IMG/VR virus record: IMGVR_UViG_3300044670_001989
Coordinates: 1 to 30,548 of that record
Length of the DNA: 30,548 bases
Direction: 5' to 3' (one strand)
Origin: a virus
Lineage: Duplodnaviria > Caudoviricetes
The notes beneath the pieces were generated by a model. It did not search any database. It was not told the origin of the DNA and saw only the letters and a list, made by a program, of their open reading frames with translations. Below are positions 1 to 6,914 of the stretch, in pieces. The position numbers and the translations under genes were made by a program. Every line of letters starts with the position of its first letter. Position 1 is the first letter of the stretch.

Positions 1-437
1 GCTCATATTCGCGCTGAGCCTGACGCTGTTCTTCAGTCATGTTGGCTCTACGCTCGCGCTTATATTCGCGCAGAGCCTGACGCTGTTTTTCAGTCATGTT
101 GGCTTTACGCTCGCGCCAATATTCGCGTAGAGCCTGACGCTGTTCTTCAGTCATGTTGGCGTACTGCTCGCGCTGATATTCGCGCAGAGCCTGACGCTGT
201 TCTTCAGTCATGTTGGCGTACTGCTCGCGCTGATATTCGCGCAGAGCCTGACGCTGTTCTTCAGTCATGTTGGCTTTGCGCTTGCGCATATATTCGCGCT
301 GATATTCGCGCCTCGCCTGACGCTGCTCTTCAGTCATGTTGGCGTACTGCTCGCGCGCATATTCGCGCTGATATTCGCGCAGAGCCTGACGCTGTTCTTC
401 AGTCATGTTGGCTCTACGCTTGCGCTGATATTCGCGC
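1..437. repeat. Coding tandem repeat, 7 units of 57 or 69 bp (ANMTEEQRQA[L/R/Q]REY[Q/K/W]R[E/K]..)
   Basis: CAGTCATGTTGGC recurs at 34, 91, 148, 205, 262, 331 and 400 (spacing 57,57,57,57,69,69). Confidence 0.95.
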
Positions 438-541
438 CTAGCCTCACGAATGGTTTGCTTTTCCTCTTCGCTAAGCCCTGCCCAAACTAACTGCCTATAC
501 TTGCGCCTATCCTCACGCTCAGCCTGTTCTTCGTCATTCAT
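1..541 (-). CDS. Repeat-containing helical protein, 3' end truncated by window edge (not in supplied ORF track)
   Basis: ATG at 541-539, 2 nt after the TAA of the RecT-like gene. Hand translation MNDEEQAEREDRRKYRQLVWAGLSEEEKQTIREARREYQRKRRANMTEEQRQALREYQ... stays open to the window edge; repeat units are multiples of 3. Confidence 0.85.
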   Translation of the reverse strand, partial: MNDEEQAEREDRRKYRQLVWAGLSEEEKQTIREARREYQRKRRANMTEEQRQALREYQREYAREQYANMTEEQRQARREYQREYMRKRKANMTEEQRQALREYQREQYANMTEEQRQALREYQREQYANMTEEQRQALREYWRERKANMTEKQRQALREYKRERRANMTEEQRQAQREYE

Positions 542-543
542 TG

Positions 544-1689
544 TTAAGAGGCTGGCCCCATCTCCATGTCATCATCGAGGATTGATTGGACGTAGTCAAA
601 AGCCGTCCAGTCCATCGGGTTCATCTTCTTGAGCACATCGAGCGCGACATCACGCCGGGCCTTATCTTTGATCATCTCGCTAAGCTTGAGCGTCTCCATG
701 AAGGCGGCGCAAGGAAGACGCGGCCCAAGGTGTTGGACGCTCAGGAACTTGGTGAGCGGTAGCTGATCCCATAGTGCTCTGTGGATGGGCTCAACCTCTC
801 TCATGGAGCCATTGAACCAATGCTGAGGAATGGAACTGTCCATGAGTGCATGAGGAGCACAGCGAGAGTAAAACAGCGCCTCTCTCTGTGCTGGCGTGAG
901 TGAGGTGGGTGAGTTCACCGACTCACTAATGAAGCTCACAGCGTCATCTAGGTTAACTCCCCATGAGCGACAGGCTTTTGTTAAGGCGTCATCTTCGGCC
1001 CAATTATACAAGCGGTTAGGCTCAGGCTGTGGCTGTGGCGGCTGTGGCTGTGGTGGCTGTGACTGTGGTGGCTGTGGCGGCTCTGACTGTGGCGGCTGTG
1101 ACTGCTGAGGAGCTCGCTGAGGCTGAGGTGGCCTAGATGGCAGGTCAGTGCCAAGGGCATGGGCTGTGATGACGTCTCTCTCATGATCGCTCATTGAGGT
1201 GTTGTCAGCGATTTCATCGGCTGAGTAAATGCCACTGACTGCATCTGGAAAGGTGGCCCGAAGTCCTAGGGTGAGCGCTCGCGCTCTCAGCATCTGTTGA
1301 GGCATCTGTTGCCAATTTCGGTTACGTGTGTACCCTCGTTGATGAGCCATCTCGATAGTAAAACTATAGGTGTGAACAATCTCATCGGGCTCATCTGTAC
1401 GCGCCATCTCAAGAGAGCAGATCTCAGCGCTCCACTCTGTAATACGTATGTAACGGCACAGGCCAGAGCGTCTGCATATGCCGGCCATAGCGTCAGCGTT
1501 GAGCGTTGGCTTGTTGCCCTTCAGGACATAGCCTTGAGTCATGGTCAAGCCAAGATCGCCTCCAAAGTGGTGACCAAATGCGGCATGTAGCAGAAGCAGA
1601 TCCATGGGCTTGCCGTTGCTTAACAGGTTGCTCATATCGAGCGCCTCTTGAACTGAGGCTGGATTCCATATAGAAGTTCTGGTTGTCAT
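544..1689 (-). CDS. recT: RecT/Red-beta family single-strand annealing protein with Pro/Gln linker and C-terminal domain
   Basis: Motifs KPTLNADAM..., WQQMPQQMLRARALTLGLRATFPDAVSGIYSADE match the RecT-family core; AGGA SD upstream. Confidence 0.75.
   Translation of the reverse strand: MTTRTSIWNPASVQEALDMSNLLSNGKPMDLLLLHAAFGHHFGGDLGLTMTQGYVLKGNKPTLNADAMAGICRRSGLCRYIRITEWSAEICSLEMARTDEPDEIVHTYSFTIEMAHQRGYTRNRNWQQMPQQMLRARALTLGLRATFPDAVSGIYSADEIADNTSMSDHERDVITAHALGTDLPSRPPQPQRAPQQSQPPQSEPPQPPQSQPPQPQPPQPQPEPNRLYNWAEDDALTKACRSWGVNLDDAVSFISESVNSPTSLTPAQREALFYSRCAPHALMDSSIPQHWFNGSMREVEPIHRALWDQLPLTKFLSVQHLGPRLPCAAFMETLKLSEMIKDKARRDVALDVLKKMNPMDWTAFDYVQSILDDDMEMGPAS
1025..1107. repeat. ~15-bp degenerate repeat encoding the QPPQ(S/P) linker of the RecT-like protein
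   Basis: GGCTGTG(G/A)CTGTGG(C/T) iterated. Confidence 0.8.
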
Positions 1690-1732
1690 GGTGTGATCCT
1701 ATCGGGTTGTTGTTAGGGTGATCGGGTTCTAC

Positions 1733-1993
1733 TCAATGACCTGATGGGGTCATCATCTTTTGTTGGTTGGTTGGTGACTGGCACCACTTCGAGGCCGGTT
1801 GACCTCCTGTTAGTTGAAGCGTGTTTGGAACAGCTCTGGCAGCCTTCAGGCAATCGTGCTGAGCCTTGCGCTGGTGGTGTGTGCCGTAGGTATCTATTAT
1901 AAAGTAGCCGAGAATTGAGACGGCTACCCACACGGCTAGAGGTATGAGCATGAGGCGTTCAGCCTCTCTGTTCTCTTCTCTTGTGAGCATCAT
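1733..1993 (-). CDS. Small hypothetical membrane protein (1 TM)
   Basis: Hydrophobic LMLIPLAVWVAVSILGYFII; AGGA SD with AC-rich leader like neighbouring leftward genes. Confidence 0.6.
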   Translation of the reverse strand: MMLTREENREAERLMLIPLAVWVAVSILGYFIIDTYGTHHQRKAQHDCLKAARAVPNTLQLTGGQPASKWCQSPTNQQKMMTPSGH

Positions 1994-2115
1994 GATGAAG
2001 TCCTGGTTGGTGGTTGGTTTTGGTCTGGCTGGCTGGCTAGAGGAGCTCAGCTAGACACATTAGTGTGTATAGGATGATAAATAGGGCCGGCATGGCGTTG
2101 GTGCTTAGGTTGGTT

Positions 2116-2154
2116 GGTTGTGTCAGTGGGTTGTGTCAGTGGGTTGTGTCAGTG
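2116..2154. repeat. 13-bp direct repeat x3 (GGTTGTGTCAGTG) at the 3' end of the acidic gene
   Basis: Three consecutive copies; the rightmost contains the stop codon of 2149..2817. Confidence 0.85.
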
Positions 2155-2817
2155 GAGCGGCTCAGCGTCTTGGTGTGCTGTCCAGAGTTCTTCGACCGTG
2201 AGGTATACGCGGTCACACTCTCTGATCGTTGCACCGTTCCAGTTCTCATAGTTGGCATCAACTAGGTTGGTCATCTCGTCAAGCATTGCGTCGAGCTCCT
2301 CAAATTCAGCTGTCTGTGCTCTAGTGGCATATTGCTCAAGCTGTGCCAGAACAGTTGGGCACGCGGGCTCTTCAGGCTCCTCAGTGAGCTCTTCAGCAGG
2401 CTCCTCAGTGGGCTCCTCAGTGAGCTCTTCAGCAGGCTCCTCAGTGAGCTCTTCAGCAGGCTCCTCAGTGAGCTCTTCAGCAGGCTCCTCAGTGGGCTCC
2501 TCAGTGAGCTCTTCAGCAGGCTCCTCAGTGAGCTCCTCGCCAAAGGCCTGATCGAGCGCTGTCAGAAGCTCAGGGTCAAGCGCCTCTGCTGGCTCCTCAG
2601 TGAGTGCATCGCCAAAGGCCTGATCGAGCGCTGCCAGAAGCTCAGGGTCAAGCGTCTCTGCTGGCTCCTCAGTGATGGTCTCAGTGAGAGTCTCAGATGG
2701 CTCTTCAGCGTGTGCTGCATGAAGCTCCTTGAGAGCGTTGAGAGCAAATGCGAGCTCCTCAGCGCCGTTGGCTTCGATGTTGACAGATAGGTGAGTAGTT
2801 TGGATTTGAATCTTCAT
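2149..2817 (-). CDS. Highly acidic repeat protein, first gene of leftward operon
   Basis: TAAGGA SD; Glu-rich; EPAEELTE repeats and a duplicated 24-aa EEPAE(T/A)LDPELL(A/T)ALDQAFG block. Confidence 0.8.
   Translation of the reverse strand: MKIQIQTTHLSVNIEANGAEELAFALNALKELHAAHAEEPSETLTETITEEPAETLDPELLAALDQAFGDALTEEPAEALDPELLTALDQAFGEELTEEPAEELTEEPTEEPAEELTEEPAEELTEEPAEELTEEPTEEPAEELTEEPEEPACPTVLAQLEQYATRAQTAEFEELDAMLDEMTNLVDANYENWNGATIRECDRVYLTVEELWTAHQDAEPLH
2367..2673. repeat. 24/12-bp tandem repeats plus a 72-bp duplication within the acidic gene
   Basis: GGCTCCTCAGTGAGCTCTTCAGCA iterated 2376-2537; CGCCAAAGGCCTGATCGAGCGCTG..CAGAAGCTCAGGGTCAAGCG at about 2538 and 2610. Confidence 0.9.
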
Positions 2818-2946
2818 GGGGTGTTCCTTAAGGGAATGGGTTCATGTGGGCCGCCGAATTGGCAGAGCCCTAAGATGGTTAGGTCACCAGGTCATCGTCT
2901 CGGTAGTGTCAAAGAGTTGAGGTGGTAGGGATGGGCACCGTGGCCC

Positions 2947-3020
2947 TTGATCACCTCAAGTGTCAAGTAGCTTGACATATGCAATTGTATCTGTCAAGCT
3001 ACTTGACACTAGGTGATCAA
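2947..3020. promoter_or_regulatory. ~74-bp near-perfect palindrome: divergent promoter/operator region
   Basis: TTGATCACCT(2947-56)/AGGTGATCAA(3011-20); two TGTCAAG-N3-CTTGACA boxes (2961-77, 2992-3008) that are reverse complements of each other; TTGACA-N17-CAAGCT on both strands; sits between divergent operons. Confidence 0.8.
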
Positions 3021-3077
3021 CTTTTTTCACCTGACCCCACCTCAAGCCCTAGATATGGGGCATAAGGAGACAACACC

Positions 3078-3512
3078 ATGACACCAGCTAAACTGGCCTA
3101 TCTCAAGTCCACAACATCAATCTCAGCGATTGCGCTGACCGCCGGCGTAAGCCGCCAAACAGTGTACACGGCTCTCAATCACACACTGCTTCCATCCAAA
3201 GAGGTGGCTGTTAGGTTGGCATCTGCGGCCTGCGCTCTCTGCGACACTCGCGCCTTTGAGGCGAGCGACTTCAACCCGACCCTTCCAAAGTCAATCCGCA
3301 ACCTGACTGATCAGCGCTTCGTCATCACAGATTTAGACCTCAACTCTAATGTATGGGCCACGGCTGAGGAGCTCCTCTTAGAATACTCTGATGATATCGA
3401 TCTGATCTCAGCGCTCCATGATTGTGTCAGTGACGGACAGCGCCAGCTTGTTCATGGCCACCTTCTCGTTGAGCTCGACAACAGCTCAGATGATGATCTG
3501 AGTGACGTATGA
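3078..3512 (+). CDS. Cro/XRE-like HTH transcriptional regulator with acidic C-terminal region
   Basis: SISAIALTAGVSRQTVYTALN is a helix-turn-helix; TAAGGAG SD; first rightward gene. Confidence 0.75.
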   Translation: MTPAKLAYLKSTTSISAIALTAGVSRQTVYTALNHTLLPSKEVAVRLASAACALCDTRAFEASDFNPTLPKSIRNLTDQRFVITDLDLNSNVWATAEELLLEYSDDIDLISALHDCVSDGQRQLVHGHLLVELDNSSDDDLSDV

Positions 3513-4324
3513 GAGAGGTGGAGATTAGAGCGGCTATATACAGGCTGAAGCTCAAGCCCAATACCAAGCTCACCTTATTAGGCGTGCTGTCTGTGGTGGA
3601 CTGGAAGACGTTCTGTGGTCCTTGCTCCTCGCGTGATGTAGGCCACCGAATGAACATGAAAGAAACGTCTGTTCGGCGCTCCTTCAAAGAACTCACTGAT
3701 ATGGGGCTCATAAGGCGTTCAGCCTCGCGACGAGCTGCTGACCAACATCACAGAGCCGTGACCTGTCTAGAGGTGCAGGCCATCTTAGACCTAGCTCATA
3801 GTGAGCTACCCCTAGCTCATAGTGAGCTACCCCTAGCTCATAGTGAGCTACCCCACCTAGCTCATAGTGAGCTACCCCTAGCTCATAATGAGCTACCTCA
3901 CCTAGCTCATAGTGAGCTACCCCTAGCTCATAATGAGCTACCTCACCTAGCTCATAGTGAGCTACCCCTAGCTCATAGTGAGCTACCCCACCTAGCTCAT
4001 AGTGAGCTACCCCTAGCTCATAGTGAGCTACCCCACCTAGCTCATAGTGAGCTACAATACAACCTAGATAACAACCTAGATAACAACCTAGATAACAACC
4101 CTTCCTCAATTCCACTCTCAACCCCACTCTCAACAGAGGAGAGCAATGAAGAGGTCAATGGAGAGTTTGAGTTGATGATTAATGAGCTCGCGGAAATGAC
4201 CCTCTGTTCTTTGGAGGAAGCGAGAGCCCGAGTTGAGCATTACGCATCTGTACGCCGGTTGAGCCCATTGGATGCTTTGAAGGCAATCAAGAACATGACA
4301 GCAAAGATGAGGAGAGCAAGATGA
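3509..4324 (+). CDS. Phage replication initiator (lambda O-like organisation: N-terminal winged HTH, internal iterons)
   Basis: SSRDVGHRMNMKETSVRRSFKELTDMGLIRR wHTH; central repeats; ATGA overlap with a downstream DnaC-like ATPase. Confidence 0.8.
   Translation: MREVEIRAAIYRLKLKPNTKLTLLGVLSVVDWKTFCGPCSSRDVGHRMNMKETSVRRSFKELTDMGLIRRSASRRAADQHHRAVTCLEVQAILDLAHSELPLAHSELPLAHSELPHLAHSELPLAHNELPHLAHSELPLAHNELPHLAHSELPLAHSELPHLAHSELPLAHSELPHLAHSELQYNLDNNLDNNLDNNPSSIPLSTPLSTEESNEEVNGEFELMINELAEMTLCSLEEARARVEHYASVRRLSPLDALKAIKNMTAKMRRAR
3791..4100. repeat. Probable replication origin: 12 palindromic iterons TAGCTCA-N3-TGAGCTA (21/24-bp period), then about 3 x 12-bp AACAACCTAGAT
   Basis: Seen directly at 3791-4054 and 4059-4100; intragenic iterons followed by an A-rich tract are typical of lambdoid origins. 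Confidence 0.8.
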
Positions 4325-5244
4325 GTGAGATGATTAGATTGGGATCAGCTCAGGAATGGGACGCGATCCGAAGCCAGCTTAGAGACCTTCAAGCAACCTA
4401 TCACTTATTCAAGCGGGATGAGCCACCAAAGGAGTTGCTAGACTTCACTCACCTCACTCATTCCAATCTAGAGGATCAAGGATGGATTGATGAAGCAGCT
4501 CCTCGCCTCACAGTTAAAGAGATCCCTCTGTGTGGCCGCTGTGATAACGGCTGGCTCAGAGTGCCTGAGACGCGCCACACAGTCCGACTGTGTCCTCATT
4601 GTGAGGTACCAAGACGAAAGGCTAAGCAGCTCAACAAACTCTCACTGCCAGCTGACGCCATAGGGATGAGCCTATCTAAGTATGAGTGGGATAGTCCGAC
4701 TCAACAGCAGTTAATTCTCTCTATGCTCGCCCACCTCTCAGGCTCAGAGACAAAGCCTCATTGCCCTTCTGCTTATATGTGGGGATCACCAGGCAACGGC
4801 AAAACCTCTCTGCTCTACAGCCTCGCTAGGTGGGGTTGCTTTCAGGGATTGAGAGTGAAGTACACTACACACACCCGGATTATGAACGGCATCAAGGAGA
4901 GCTTCAATGACTCAAAGAGACGAGAGGCCTTAGCGGGCTGGCTCGACCGCACTGATCTTTTATTGCTCGATGAGCTAGGAGGACTAGGAGGAAAGGCCAA
5001 TATGACCTCATGGTACACGTCAACCACAACAGAGATCATAGGCACGATTTATGAGCGTTGGGCCGGTGGGAAGCTTGGAGTAATCATCACCTCTAATCTT
5101 AACCCGTCAGAACTAGCGCGCCTATTTGATCGCAATGCCGCCGTGCTCTCTCGCTTGCGCTCGATGTTCGGCTCACCTCTTCAGATGGTTGGGCCTGACC
5201 GTCGAATCACGGGCAATGAGCGCCTCTCTGAATGGGGCCTGTGA
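4321..5244 (+). CDS. DnaC/IstB-like AAA+ ATPase helicase loader with Zn-binding motif
   Basis: CGRC...CPHC; Walker A GSPGNGKT; Walker B LLLLDELG; IITSN sensor and SRL motif. Confidence 0.9.
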   Translation: MSEMIRLGSAQEWDAIRSQLRDLQATYHLFKRDEPPKELLDFTHLTHSNLEDQGWIDEAAPRLTVKEIPLCGRCDNGWLRVPETRHTVRLCPHCEVPRRKAKQLNKLSLPADAIGMSLSKYEWDSPTQQQLILSMLAHLSGSETKPHCPSAYMWGSPGNGKTSLLYSLARWGCFQGLRVKYTTHTRIMNGIKESFNDSKRREALAGWLDRTDLLLLDELGGLGGKANMTSWYTSTTTEIIGTIYERWAGGKLGVIITSNLNPSELARLFDRNAAVLSRLRSMFGSPLQMVGPDRRITGNERLSEWGL

Positions 5245-5535
5245 TCAGCTCACGAAGTCCTGGGCGTAATAGCATCTACACATCACCACGCGACCAACAG
5301 CGTTGACTCGATAGCTCATCAAGGCTGTTCCTTCTTCACACAGCCTGATTCTGTGGCGCTGAAATCGGCCTTGCTGGTAGCTAATCTCGATGACCTCAAT
5401 CAACCCTGTGGGACAGCTCCAAGCCCAACGGCCTGAGCCATCCAACCACAGTGAGGTCATCAGCTCCACTTCGCTGCCTACGTCGATAATCTCAATCTCG
5501 ATGGCGGCGTCGCCAATCTCAAAGTGATCAATCAT
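5245..5535 (-). CDS. Hypothetical protein
   Basis: 96-aa ORF with GGGAG SD, abutting the ATPase stop tail-to-tail. Confidence 0.55.
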   Translation of the reverse strand: MIDHFEIGDAAIEIEIIDVGSEVELMTSLWLDGSGRWAWSCPTGLIEVIEISYQQGRFQRHRIRLCEEGTALMSYRVNAVGRVVMCRCYYAQDFVS

Positions 5536-5547
5536 TAGCCTTCTCCC

Positions 5548-5576
5548 TTGACGCGGTATAACACACGTTATACGCT
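5548..5576 (+). promoter_or_regulatory. Sigma70-like promoter TTGACG-N17-TACGCT overlapped by operator-like palindrome GTATAAC-N4-GTTATAC
   Basis: -35 at 5548-5553, -10 at 5571-5576, palindrome at 5556-5573. Confidence 0.55.
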
Positions 5577-5608
5577 ACAAGAGGATTGGATTTGCCACAA
5601 GGCGAATT

Positions 5609-5652
5609 GATGGGAGACCTCCAAGTGAATGGGCCTTGGGGGTCTCCCCATC
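5609..5652 (+). terminator. Strong 17-bp stem-loop (terminator/attenuator or processing site)
   Basis: GATGGGAGACCTCCAAG / CTTGGGGGTCTCCCCATC, one bulge, one G-U, 9-nt loop, followed by only TTT. Confidence 0.5.
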
Positions 5653-5660
5653 TTTAAGGA

Positions 5661-5864
5661 TTGCTTTTGAAATCTGCAAAAACCAAAGTTTGCGCTATAC
5701 GCCTAAGCTCTGCCGAAACAAGCTTTTTGGAGTCGGAAGCTACAAGGCTTGGCGTCAGTCGGTCTGACATCATTAGGGCTCTGCTGGCGTGTCTCTTTGA
5801 GGCACGTAAGAACAACGGAGAGCTCACCACTAGACTAGAGAGAGAGCTGAGACACTATGATTAA
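5661..5864 (+). CDS. Ribbon-helix-helix (CopG/Arc-like) DNA-binding protein
   Basis: KVCAIRLS beta strand, then ETSFLESEATRLGVSRSDIIRALL; start codon uncertain (TTG). Confidence 0.7.
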   Translation: MLLKSAKTKVCAIRLSSAETSFLESEATRLGVSRSDIIRALLACLFEARKNNGELTTRLERELRHYD

Positions 5865-6237
5865 CTCAATTCAGTTGATGGGGAACCTGGGCAAGGATCC
5901 AGAGATGAGAACCACGCCAGCCGGCCAGAGCTATTGTTACTTTTCCCTAGCCACTAACTCATCCCGCCAAGTTGATGGCGCTTGGGTAACGGATACCGAG
6001 TGGCACAACATCAAGCTGTGGGGTAAGTCTGCAACTAGAGCGAGCGAGCAACTCAAGAAAGGCGCTCGCTGTTACGTAGAAGGCAAAATATCAAGCTATG
6101 AGGTAGACGGCCAAAGACGGCTTGAAATCAAGGCCTATCATTTCAAAGCGCTAGACAAGCCTGATCACCTTCTCCCGCCGGACGGGCCGCCAACCTATCA
6201 GACATCTCCTGGCTTTGGGTCATGGAGTGCGCCATGA
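5857..6237 (+). CDS. ssb: Single-stranded DNA-binding protein
   Basis: NSIQLMGNLGKDPEMR, FSLATN, TEWHNIKLWGK, LKKGARCYVEGKI. Confidence 0.95.
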   Translation: MINSIQLMGNLGKDPEMRTTPAGQSYCYFSLATNSSRQVDGAWVTDTEWHNIKLWGKSATRASEQLKKGARCYVEGKISSYEVDGQRRLEIKAYHFKALDKPDHLLPPDGPPTYQTSPGFGSWSAP

Positions 6238-6425
6238 AGAGTTATGAGAGGGACGTGCTCGAGCGGCTGAAGGAGCTGTTAGAGTTAAGAGAAGAGATTC
6301 ATGGCGAAGAGATGGTTCGCCACAGCCGAGATCTCTACGAGCATATCATATCAACGCTGAATGCTGAAGAGAAGGCGCTCAACGATTTGACAAGGCGACC
6401 TCTGGAGAGCGATGATGAACCCTAA
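6234..6425 (+). CDS. Small hypothetical helical protein
   Basis: ATG at 6234 overlaps the ssb stop (ATGA) with GGAG SD; track start 6222 is less likely. Confidence 0.6.
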   Translation: MKSYERDVLERLKELLELREEIHGEEMVRHSRDLYEHIISTLNAEEKALNDLTRRPLESDDEP

Positions 6426-6461
6426 TAAAATCACTTTCGACACAATCCACGCGAGCGCGCG

Positions 6462-6914
6462 ATGACCATTTCTCAAGAGAGGCGCGAGGAGCTCCTAGAC
6501 AACTTGCGTCAAGGGATGTCGATTCGTGCCGCTTGCGCTCTGGTGGGCATCAGTGAGCGAACCTATCAGCGCTGGAGAGAAGAGGATGCTGAGTGGCTGG
6601 AGGCAAGTGACCACGCCATCAGATTCAGTGAGCCCATTCTCATCGCGAGAATGAAGGCGCTAGCTGAAGAGAAAGGAGATTGGCGCGCCCATGCTTGGCT
6701 TCTTGAGAGACGGTTCCCCAAAGAGTGGGGCCCGCGCCAAGAGATCGAGGTGAATCAGAATATACAAGACGGTGGCGTTAGCTTGGTTCTCTCTATGATC
6801 GAGCAAACAGACCAAAGACTCAAACAGCTGACAGAGGAGAAGGACAATGGGCGAGATGCTGCGAACAACACTCAGGAGACAGTGGTCAATGCTGCACCAT
6901 CACGAGAGAACTGA
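6462..6914 (+). CDS. terS: Terminase small subunit (HTH type)
   Basis: GMSIRAACALVGISERTYQRW HTH and DWRAHAWLLERRFPKEWG motif; upstream of terL. Confidence 0.75.
   Translation: MTISQERREELLDNLRQGMSIRAACALVGISERTYQRWREEDAEWLEASDHAIRFSEPILIARMKALAEEKGDWRAHAWLLERRFPKEWGPRQEIEVNQNIQDGGVSLVLSMIEQTDQRLKQLTEEKDNGRDAANNTQETVVNAAPSREN

Noticed and set aside
1-437. CRISPR array (conserved ~30-bp core at 57-69-bp period)
   Set aside because: Intervening segments are near-identical rather than unique spacers, periods are multiples of 3 within an open minus-strand frame, and there are no cas genes.
896-1184. Cys/Gly-rich ORF 896..1108 and His/Ser-rich ORF 981..1184 as metallothionein or RiPP precursors
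   Set aside because: They are alternative-frame shadows of the Pro/Gln linker repeat inside the RecT-like gene.
2252-2790. Leu- or Ser-rich repeat ORFs (2252, 2271, 2332, 2562)
   Set aside because: Shadows of the stop-free 24-bp repeat; only 2149..2817 has a good SD and operon fit.
2947-3020. Protelomerase (telRL) target of a linear plasmid prophage
   Set aside because: No protelomerase or partition genes in the window, and promoter motifs explain the symmetry; not fully excluded as the genome is incomplete.
3708-4133. Antisense VAHYELG-repeat protein, or CRISPR-like array
   Set aside because: A consequence of palindromic iterons on the opposite strand; no spacers.
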